A stretch of DNA of 64,000 nucleotides from the NCBI RefSeq assembly GCF_009914755.1, contig NC_060943.1, one strand, 5' to 3'. Origin of the DNA: the human T2T-CHM13v2.0 reference genome, Homo sapiens. Of this stretch, positions 1 to 64,000 are shown in pieces. Under the pieces are notes generated by a model. That model was not told the DNA's origin. It saw nothing but the letters and a program-made list of their open reading frames with translations, and did no database searches. A program made the translations under genes and the position numbers. The first letter of the stretch is position 1; each line of letters begins with the position of its first letter.

Positions 1-101
1 TTGTCCATGTTGGTCAGGCTGGAATTCCCAACCTCAGGTGATACACCCGCCTCAGCCTCCCAAAGTATTGGGATTACAGGCCTGAGCCACCGCGCCCGGC
101 C
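1..101 (-). mobile_element. Alu (partial)
   Basis: Antisense Alu left-arm sequence. Confidence 0.9.
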
Positions 102-1379
102 AGACAACACTTTCTTAGCTAAGAACTTTATGAACGTGAATTTATTTCATCCTCTTGACAGGTTTATGTGATGGATCCTACGATTATAATTTTACAGAGG
201 AGGAAACTGAGTCACGGAGAGTTTATTTCAGGGGCCTGAAGTTACACAGTGGCCAAATGGCCACACCAGAACCAGGATATGAACCCAGCGTCGGCACACT
301 TAATAATGACTGCACGTGAGAATGTAGTATACAGCTGGTGCTCAATAAATGCAGCTGACGCCAAGTCTGATCTCCGTGCTGGAGGCCAAGCCCCTTCCAA
401 AGATACGGCGTCCCCCACCCCTGAAATCCCCCCACCCCCGACTTGAAACAGGGCTGTGTAGACAGTAGGCGCTTACTAAGTGCACTGTGGTGATGTTAAG
501 GCAGCAAGGTGGGAACCCTGCCAAAAGGGGAGGGGAGAAGGCAGGGTAGTGTGTGTCTGATTAAGCTGAGGACAGGGCAGACATGGACTGAGCGCCTGCT
601 GTGTGCCAGGCTCTGGGAGGGCAGGGCCATTGTCTCCCTAACCCGAGAGCCATGGGGGTCCACTTGCCTGTGGTCACGTCAAGACTCCAGCCTGGCCCAG
701 GCTCTGCGTGTCCCCGGGTGCCCTCGCCCCGCCTATTCCTGGAGACAGGCCCGTTGGTTCCCTTCCCCTCCCCTTGTCCTGGAGCCAGGAGGACGTTGGT
801 TCTTGCGACAGCCTTGGCCCGGCCGTTGCAGCTGGAACATCGTGGGGGAGATGGGAAGAGGAACGGGGCCCGGAGCCCGGGGCTGGGTCCTGGGAATCCC
901 TTTCCCGCAGCTGGGACTCCAGCTCCCCTGCCAGTTCCTCCAGGCGGAAGCCCTCAGGCTTGGTCCTCACTCCAGCCTCCCGGCCTGGACAGGAATTCTC
1001 TCTCCAGCAGCCCTGCCAGATGCCCGCCCAGCCCCTGCCTCAGGCGGGGAGGGCTTCAGGGAAGCTCACCAAGGCAGAAGGGCGGGAGAGATTGTCAGAG
1101 CCCCAGCTGGTGTCCAGGGACTGACCGTGAGCCTGGGTGAAAGTGAGTTCCCCGTTGGAGGCAACAGACGAGGAGAGGATGGAAGGCCTGGCCCCCAAGA
1201 ATGAGCCCTGAGGTTCAGGGAGCGGCTGGAGTGAGCCGGCCCCAGATCTCCGTCCAGCTGCGGGTCCCAGAGGCCTGGGTTACACTCGCAGCTCCTGGGG
1301 GAGGCCCTTGACGTGCCTCAGTTCCCAAACAGGAACCCTGGGAAGGACCAGAGAAGTGCCTATTGCGCAGTGAGTGCCC

Positions 1380-1697
1380 GACACAGCTGCATGTGGCCGG
1401 TATCACAGGGCCCTGGGTAAACTGAGGCAGGCGACACAGCTGCATGTGGCCGGTATCACAGGGCCCTGGGTAAACTGAGGCAGGCGACACAGCTGCATGT
1501 GGCCGGTATCACAGGGCCCTGGGTAAACTGAGGCAGGCGACACAGCTGCATGTGGCCGTATCACAGGGCCCTGGGTAAACTGAGGCAGGTGACACAGCTG
1601 CATGTGGCCGGTATCACGGGGCCCTGGATAAACAGAGGCAGGCGACACAGCTGCATGTGGCCGGTATCACGGGGCCCTGGGTAAACTGAGGCAGGCG
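1380..1697 (+). repeat. 53-bp minisatellite x6 upstream of ELANE (REP53 enhancer)
   Basis: Unit GACACAGCTGCATGTGGCCGGTATCACAGGGCCCTGGGTAAACTGAGGCAGGC; each unit has adjacent E-boxes CAGCTG and CATGTG. Confidence 0.92.
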
Positions 1698-1834
1698 AGG
1701 CCACCCCCATCAAGTCCCTCAGGTCTAGGTTTGGCAGGTTTGGCAAAAACACAGCAACGCTCGGTTAAATCTGAATTTCGGGTAAGTATATCCTGGGCCT
1801 CATTTGGAAGAGACTTAGATTAAAAAAAAAACGT

Positions 1835-2190
1835 CGAGACCAGCCCGGCCAACACGGTGAAACCCCGTCTCTACTAAAAATACAAAAAATTAGCCAGGCG
1901 CAGTGGCTCACGCCTGTGATCCCAGCACTCTGGGAGGCTGAGGCAGGCGGATCACCCGAGGTCAGATGTTCAAGACCAGCCTGGCCGACAGGGCGAAACA
2001 CTGTCTCTACTACAAATACAAAAATTAGCCGGGAGTGGTGGCAGGTGCCTGTAATCTCAGCTATTCAGGAGGCTGAGGCAGGAGAATCACTTGAACCTGG
2101 GAGGCGGAGGTTGCCGTGAGCCGGGATCACGCCACCGCACTCCAGCCTGGGCGATAGAGCAAGACTCTGTCTCCAAAAAAATAAATTAAA
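1835..2190 (+). mobile_element. Alu fragment plus full Alu upstream of ELANE
   Basis: Alu consensus with A-tail. Confidence 0.9.
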
Positions 2191-2320
2191 AAACCCACAT
2201 TGATTATCTGACATTTGAATGCGATTGTGCATCCTGAATTTTGTCTGGAGGCCCCACCCGAGCCAATCCAGCGTCTTGTCCCCCTTCTCCCCCTTTTCAT
2301 CAACGCCCTGTGCCAGGGGA

Positions 2321-2384
2321 GAGGAAGTGGAGGGCGCTGGCCGGCCGTGGGGCAATGCAACGGCCTCCCAGCACAGGGCTATAA
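2321..2384 (+). promoter_or_regulatory. ELANE proximal myeloid promoter: Ets/PU.1 GAGGAAGT (2321-2328), C/EBP-like TGGGGCAAT (2348-2356), c-Myb CAACGG (2358-2363), TATAA (2380-2384)
   Basis: Motifs read directly; the order matches the known PU.1-C/EBP-Myb-TATA architecture of azurophil-granule protease promoters. Confidence 0.85.
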
Positions 2385-2436
2385 GAGGAGCCGGGCGGGC
2401 ACGGAGGGGCAGAGACCCCGGAGCCCCAGCCCCACC

Positions 2437-8897
<6,461 letters not shown>

Positions 8898-9714
8898 AGC
8901 CCTGACTCTGTTCATCAGAACCTGCCCTCAGTGAACAGTTTGGGAGGGGGCGTGTGATCCAGGCTCCACCAACCCAAGGCACCCTTGAGACTTGGCTGGA
9001 GTGAGGAAGAATTTTAGGAGGGGCCCACTGAGCCACTGGGTTGAGTGTGGGGTCCCTGGAAACACACCAGGGGAGGCTGGTGAGGAAAGAAGCCATCAGA
9101 GAAGAAAGGAGAAGCCAGAAGCAGACACTGGACATTGTTCAGGCACCTGGATCAAGCCACACCTGAAGGCGGACATCCCTGAACTTTCCATATAACTTTC
9201 ATGATTCAGGCTCCACCCAGTTTGTCTGGGTTTTCCTGTCCCTTGTAGCCAGTCTTCCCAGCTGCCTCTGCCTTGGCCTTTCCAACTTTCTATTCGTCAG
9301 GGTGTCAAGCCCCAGAGGCCACAGGGACAGAGACAAAGGTGTCAAGTGACCTTCCTACCCCCAACAGACCTTCTCTCTAATATAGAGGAGGAAAAGAAGG
9401 GAGGGTAGCAGGACAAGAAAGTGGGTTGTTTACACGCTGTGGCCTCCAGCTAGGATTGTGAAACACCCTGGGGGACTCTGGGTGTGGTGAAGTTGGGGCC
9501 GGGGTGGGTGCAGCCCCCCTCTCTGCCTCCTGCCCATCTGAGGGACTGCCCCCCACCAGGGCCAGCAGGCTGTCAGGCTCACAGAGGCCCGAGGGTCTCC
9601 CAGCGACTTGTCGACTCTGGTGTGAGTCTGGCAGGAGGTAACCCAGTCCCGGGGAGGGCGGAGGCTGGGCGGGCGAGTTCCCCTTTCCCCAGCTGGGCCG
9701 CTGCCCACCCGGGG

Positions 9715-9745
9715 AGCGGCCCGCCCCCTCCACCCTCATAAAAGC
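9715..9745 (+). promoter_or_regulatory. CFD core promoter: GC box and TATA-like CATAAAA (9737-9743)
   Basis: CCCGCCCC followed by CATAAAA about 55 nt upstream of the ATG. Confidence 0.6.
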
Positions 9746-9794
9746 ACCCCCAGGGCCCTGCCTGGGTCAGTGTCTCAGCCACAGCGGCTTCACC

Positions 9795-13345
<3,551 letters not shown>

Positions 13346-13372
13346 GGTGCCGGGGCCTGAAGGTCAGGGTCA

Positions 13373-15980
<2,608 letters not shown>

Positions 15981-16632
15981 CCTGCCTGGGCATCTTTGCA
16001 TCCTTTGGTCCGCAGGAGCTACGGAGGGTTCCGGAGGAGGAGACGGTTTAGGAGGCGGTGGAACAGGAGTGGTGGGGAGGATGCAGGACGGGAACATCTG
16101 GGCACCACATAGTCCTCTGAGTTGAGACGCGGTCCAGTCTCCGCACTGCCATATATATGGCCTCTGTTTCCTCATCTGTATCTCGGGGCCCCAACGTCCC
16201 TGGCTCTTAGGGAGATTTTGAGGACCCCTGGGGGAACCGCGAGGCGACGAGGACCTTGGGAAGCCGGGGGCGGGGACAGCAGAGCTTCAGGGCCACAGGC
16301 CGCCTCTCAGCACCCCCATGCCCTGCCTGCCTCGCCCACCCCACTGTACCTGAGTGAGGTAGAAGCTCATGACAGCCAGCTTGTGACAGTGGTCTGACAG
16401 ACCCCCCCCCCCCACCTAGTGACGCAAAGCCCACCCCGGCTCAAGTGGTCAGGAACTGATGGGACCAGGGGGCATCCTGTCCCCACTCCACGCGTCCAGA
16501 CCTCAGCCAGGTCACCAGAACCACGGGGGGCTGGGGTCAGCTAGAGGCATTTTCACTTCTGAGTCGGGCACTGGGTGACTCTGATCTCCCGGCCCCTGAA
16601 GCTGCCCACGAGCCTGCGTCCCACAACGCATG

Positions 16633-17060
16633 GGCACCCTCACCAGTGCTCCCATCTCCTCCCCGTCCACCCGCCGCAGGCCCGCACCCCTCGCCAGCGC
16701 TCCCATCTCCTCTCCGTCCACCCATCGCGGGCCCGCACCCCTCGCCAGCGCTCCCATGTCCTCCCCGTCCACCCGCCGCGGGCCTGCACCCCTCGCCAGC
16801 GCTCCCATCTCCTCCCTGTCCGCCCACCGCAGGCCCGCACCCCTCACCAGCGCTCCCATGTCCTCCCCGTCCACCCGCCGCGGGCCCGCACCCCTCACCA
16901 GCGCTCCCATCTCCTCTCCGTCCGCCCACTGCGGGCCCGCACCCCTCACCAGCGCTCCCATCTCCTCTCCGTCCGCCCACTGCGGGCCCGCACCCCTCGC
17001 CAGCGCTCCCATCTCCTCTCCGTCCACCCACTGCGGGCCCGCACCCCTCGCCAGCGCTCC
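16633..17060. repeat. 51-bp VNTR x~8 downstream of the MED16 3' end
   Basis: Unit CCCCTCGCCAGCGCTCCCATCTCCTCTCCGTCCACCCGCCGCGGGCCCGCA; period 51. Confidence 0.93.
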
Positions 17061-18176
17061 TGCACTCTGGTCTCTGCAGAGCCACATGGAAACGCCGCAG
17101 ACACCCGGACAAAAGCCGCCCCCAACCACCCGCCAGGGCCCACTGTGTTCTGTCCGTCACTTGCTTTGGACACCCCTGGCATCCACAAGGCGCCCCACAC
17201 ATGCTGAGTGACTGGGGGAGATGGAGGCCCACACACTCCTGAGCTCGAGAGGAGGTCGCAGGAGTGGGGCCGGGAGCTGCCCTAGGGTCTGTCCCTCAGA
17301 GGATGGCCAGGGGGACGGTGAGACGGGGCTCGGTGTCCCAGCAGAGCTTGGAGTCTGCGGCCGAGGACGGGGGCCTTAAAGTGGGGGGGCCTTAAAGTGG
17401 GGGGGCCTTAAAGTGGGAGTGCCTCAGCCAGGTGACGGGGTGCCTGAGCTCCCGCCTCGCGAGCCGGCACTGGGCACTCACCCCACCCTCGCTGCCCTCC
17501 CCAGAGCTGCAGAAAGGAGGAGTCCGTCGGCACACAGCAGGGGCACCACTGTGCTGGGAAGGCCTGCTGGAGACGGAAGGCGGGACCCCTGGGGACAGCA
17601 ACAGAAACGGCAGAAACTTGGCCCAGGGGCTAAGCAACCTCCAGCAGAGAGCAGCTGGAGAAACATAACAGGGACAGAGTCAGGCAGAGACACAGAAACA
17701 GCATGCAGAGACACAGAGACCATACACAGAGAAGTGCAGAGATACCAGAGACACGCAGAAACAAGGAGAGCACGCAGAGACAGTATAGAGACAGGCAGAC
17801 AACACACTGAAAGGCAGATGCCTGGACAGAAGCCACCCTGACGATGGCCGCCCCATCCCATCCACCGGCCTGCTGTGTCCTGTCCCCACTGCTCACTTTG
17901 GATACCCCCAGACTCGGCATCCACTAGGTGCCCCATAAATGCTGAAGAATTTAAAGACAGGCCAAGAGGACACAGGCTCCCGGCACCAAATCGAGGTCGT
18001 GGGTGGGGTCGGGGGCACCGACGGCAGGGACGCGGGCCTGGGCGCAGAGGGCGTTTATTGGACCTGTCCTTCCCAGCCGCTGCTTGTCCAGGTTCAGCGC
18101 TCTCCGCGGGTGAGGCAAGGAAACCGAGGAGACGCCTGAGCCGGGTCACCACAAGGTCCGCCTGGACCCCCGGCCG

Positions 18177-47873
<29,697 letters not shown>

Positions 47874-48316
47874 GAGGGCAGTCACCAGCTCCTGCGGGAG
47901 GGAGGTGTGGTGGGACGTCTATGTTGGCTGAGCACCCAGGGCATGTGGAGTGCCAGGCCAGAAGTGGGAAAACAATGGAGGCCCGTGGTAGAGGGAACAG
48001 CCGATGCAAAGGCCCGGAGGCCAGACAGAGCCTGGGGCTGGGGCCGAGGGGGAACATGGAGAGGTCAGGGCCAGTCCTGGGCCTGTGGGCTTCTACTCTC
48101 AGTAAGGTGGGAGCCCGGGAGGGCTGGGACCTATTTGGGTTTCACCAGGACCCCTCTGGCTGTCTAGGGAACAGACCATGGGGGCCAAGGGCACAGCCGG
48201 GAGACGCAGCGGAGGGTCTGCGCTGGCCCAGGTGAGTGATGATGGGGGCAGCAAGTGGACACTAGCTCTCTCCCGAAGGAAGAGCCCGCAGACAGGCAAG
48301 CGGTGGGGCGGCTCCC

Positions 48317-48830
48317 TGTAGCCGAGGCGGGGCTGAGTGACAGGGAACACCTGTGGCCGAGGCGGGGCTGAGTGACAGGGAACACCTGTGGCCGAGGCGG
48401 GGGCTGAGTGTGACGGGGAACACCTGTGGCCGAGGCGGGGCTGAGTGTGACGGGGAACACCTGTGGCCGAGGCGGGGCTGAGTGACAGGGAACACCTGTG
48501 GCCGAGGCGGGGGCTGAGTGTGACGGGGAACACCTGTGGCCGAGGCGGGGCTGAGTGTGACGGGGAACACCTGTGGCCGAGGCGGGGCTGAGTGTGACGG
48601 GGAACACCTGTGGCCGAGGCGGGGGCTGAGTGTGACGGGGAACACCTGTGGCCGAGGCGGGGCTGAGTGTGATGGGGAACACCTGTGGCCGAGCCGGGGG
48701 CTGAGTGTGACGGGGAACACCTGTGGCCGAGGCGGGGCTGAGTGTGACGGGGAACACCTGTGGCCGAGGCGGGGCTGAGTGTGTTGGGGAACACCTGTGG
48801 CCGAGGCGGGGGCTGAGTGTCACAGGGAAC
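48317..48830. repeat. 34-38-bp VNTR x~14, MED16 intron 1
   Basis: TGGCCGAGGCGGGGCTGAGTGTGACGGGGAACACCTG repeated. Confidence 0.95.
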
Positions 48831-49813
48831 AGAGGGGGCACCTCCTCGAGGCTTTCTAAGCGCCTGGCATCCAGACGGGCTGTTTCGCTTCGCAAAGGCA
48901 AAAGCCCAGGGAGCCTGGAATCACCCGCAACCAGGTTCTCCTCAAACCCTAACCCCGGCTCCCTACTTCTTCAGGGCCTGCCCCAGACCCCCAAGGCTCC
49001 GCCACAAGCCTCTAAAAGTCTTTCAGCCCCACCCCTGACCCCCTTTGCTTCCCACACTTCATTTCACCCCTTGAGCCCACGGCCTCACCCTAAATTCTCA
49101 GGCTTCACCGTAGGGGTCCCATGTACTCTCCAGGTCCAGCCTCCAACGCCCTTAGCTCTCCAGGCCCAACCCCTAAAACTCCCCAGTCCCCAGACTCCAC
49201 CCCGGGGACCCCACGTACTCTCCAGGCCCTTCCCCTATTGCCCCCAAATACGAGGCTTCATCCCAGGGACCCCATAGCCTCTTCAGGCCCCGCCCCTATA
49301 ACCCCCAATCTCCAGGGTCCATCCCAGGGACCCCCTACCCTCTCCAGACCCCTATAACTCCGCAGTCCCCAGTCTCCACCCTAGGGACCCTATTCCCTCT
49401 CCAGGCCCCGCACCGATAACCCCGCAGTCTCCAGGCCCTGCCTCTACAGCCCCCCAGTCCCCAGGCTCCACCCCGGCGACCCCAAACCCACTCCAGGCCC
49501 CGCCCCCGAAGTCCCACCAAGCGCCTTCAGCCTCGCCCCAAACTCTCCTTAGGCCCCGCCCCGAACCCAGCCCCGCGGGCCTCAGGCCTCCCCCAGGTTT
49601 CCGCCGCAAACCCTGAGCCCCGAGCCCCGCGCCCCGCGCCCCGCGCCCCGCGCCCCGCGCCCCGCGCCCCAGGCCGCCTACCCAGCAGCCTTTGCTCCCG
49701 GCCACGCCCCCGACCCCGCAGGCCCTGCCACGGCTGCGCCGCGTTCCCTCGGGTCCGTGGACACGGTCAGGGGTCCGTCCGCCCTCGCCGGGCCCCCGCA
49801 GCCCCGCACTCAC

Positions 49814-49920
49814 CTGGTCGGCCCGTGCGCCAAGCTCAGCGGGCGTCCGCGGTGCGATCTTCCCTAGCGCCTCGGGTCTGGCGCCGCCATCTTCCTCGGT
49901 AACAACCAGTCGCCTGAGGC
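49814..49920 (-). other. MED16: MED16 non-coding exon 1 in a CpG island
   Basis: Donor CAG|GTGAGT at 49813; CpG-rich; splices to the exon 2 acceptor at 47891. TSS position is approximate. Confidence 0.8.
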
Positions 49921-49928
49921 GTGGGGCC

Positions 49929-50190
49929 GCCTCCCAAAGACTTCTGGGAGGGCGGTGCGGCTCAGGCTCTGCCCCGCCTCCGGGGCTATTTGCATACGAC
50001 CATTTCCAGTAATTCCCAGCAGCCACCGTAGCTATATTTGGTAGAACAACGAGCACTTTCTCAACTCCAGTCAATAACTACGTTAGTTGCATTACACATT
50101 GGGCTAATATAAATAGAGGTTAAATCTCTAGGTCATTTAAGAGAAGTCGGCCTATGTGTACAGACATTTGTTCCAGGGGCTTTAAATAGC
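49929..50190 (+). promoter_or_regulatory. Type 3 Pol III promoter of U6, overlapping the MED16 upstream region: ZNF143/SPH-like 49930-49951, octamer ATTTGCAT 49988-49995, SPH-like 50011-50028, PSE ~50146-50165, TATA TTTAAATA 50181-50188
   Basis: Elements lie at canonical spacings (about -220 DSE, -66 PSE, -31 TATA) from U6 +1 at 50212. Confidence 0.85.
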
Positions 50191-50211
50191 TGGTGGTGGA
50201 ACTCAATATTC

Positions 50212-53120
<2,909 letters not shown>

Positions 53121-54165
53121 TGAATCCAGGCAACCAAGGGCAGAGGAGCCAGGGGGGCACCTGCAGCCCTTGGTGGCCAGGACCTACTAAGCCCCCGGCC
53201 CTGCCCCGAAGAAAAACACACATAGCCCGAGGCCAGAGCACCAGAAATTTATTAAATTCCCCACTTTCCCCCAAAACACAATTACCCACACGCAGCAAGG
53301 GGGTGCGGAGGCCCCCCAGCCTGGCTCCTGCAGCCTGGGCCAGGAGGACCAGCATGGGGACACAGGAGCTATCAGGCAGGAGTCAGGCTGGGGGACGAGG
53401 GGACACGGGATGGGGTGACAGACAAGGTAGTGCAAGGGCAGAGGCTTCTGGCTGGAAGTCCTGGACCCCCAGCATAAAGGAGGGGAGGAAAGGAAGGGGG
53501 CTCATATAAAGCAGGAGACCCTGAGCCCCGACACAGGTGGCGTGGGGGAGGACACGCAGAATGACGAGGATAAAACCGGCTCTTAGGACCGTGGCTTCTG
53601 TCCTGGGTCTCAGGGCACACGCGCGCACACATATACAACACAAGATGCTTCTGGCATGAGGGGCAGGGTCCCAGAGACCCCACCCTCATTCAAGCTAAAA
53701 ACTGGGAGGGGCTGAGCAGGGGCTGGGACCAAGACCCATGTTTTACCAGTGGGGCGAGTTTTTTTGGTTTTTCTCTCCAAAAGGGAAATTTAAAAATCTA
53801 CAACAAATCACACCAAATTCATTAAAAGTGATAAAAACCCAGCCTCCCCCTCCTCACTTGAGCTTCAGACCGGGCCAGAAAAGCTCAACGATGAAGAAAC
53901 AGGAACATGCCCAGGTCAGGTCTCCCCACCCAAACACAAGTCCTGGAGTGGGAAGCTTGGAGCTGGGATGGCATGGGCAGCCCCAGCCGCCAGCGTCTGT
54001 TGACTGCCAAGAGCTGCGTGAGGAGGGGGCAGAGTGAGAGAGACCACCCCAAGCGAAAAAGGTTTCCGAGGACAAATTCTAAAAATATGAAAGATATTTT
54101 AGCCGAAGGTATCGGAGGGCTTGATGGCTGGGCGAGGTGGCAGCGGGGTCTCCGCGGGGCCGCCA

Positions 54166-58920
<4,755 letters not shown>

Positions 58921-59055
58921 CTACCACAGCCATGGCCCGCTTGGTTTCCCCCAGCAATGGAGAGCTCACCCCTATGGTGTGTGAAGTCCTGGGCCCTTAA
59001 AATCCTATTTTGTTTCATCCTCACATCACAGGAAGCAGATACAATTGTGAAGACG

Positions 59056-63852
<4,797 letters not shown>

Positions 63853-64000
63853 TCATTATACAGATTTGTAAACCAAGGCACAAAGTCACCGCCCAAGCTC
63901 CCATTGCTGCAAAGAGGGCAGCTGGAGAAGGAGGTGGTGGACCATGCCCTCAGCACAGAGCACAGCAGCCGACGGGTACTCAGTGGGAATACAGGGTCAT

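Noticed and set aside
16512-17242. ~200-aa ORFs on both strands
   Set aside because: 51-bp VNTR artefact.

Overview
Human (primate) GC-rich, Alu-dense genomic DNA, recognisable as the chr19p13.3 segment carrying ELANE (+, 5 exons, 267 aa), CFD (+, 5 exons, 253 aa), MED16 (-, 16 exons, 877 aa or an 841-aa read-through form), a promoter-bearing U6 snRNA gene head-to-head with MED16 (U6-9/RNU6-9), and exons 2-8 of R3HDM4 (-). All coding exon boundaries were checked for GT-AG and frame. The most striking structure is a set of tandem repeats built from the genes' own splice junctions. MED16 intron 8 is a ~7.5-kb array of roughly 135-140 copies of the exon 8/intron 8 junction (AAG|GTGAGC, toggling with AAG|GCGAGC) with a 1242-bp higher-order repeat. 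Intron 9 opens with 12 extra copies of its own donor, half of them in frame. An 18-bp VNTR in intron 11 sits inside a well-formed cryptic poison exon. Also notable: ten tandem PBX/MEIS-type sites in ELANE intron 3, an Alu-supplied poly(A) signal for CFD, a 1.65-kb G-rich polypurine array, and a splice choice that removes a putative zinc-ligand Cys from MED16. The very long ORFs in the track are repeat artefacts.
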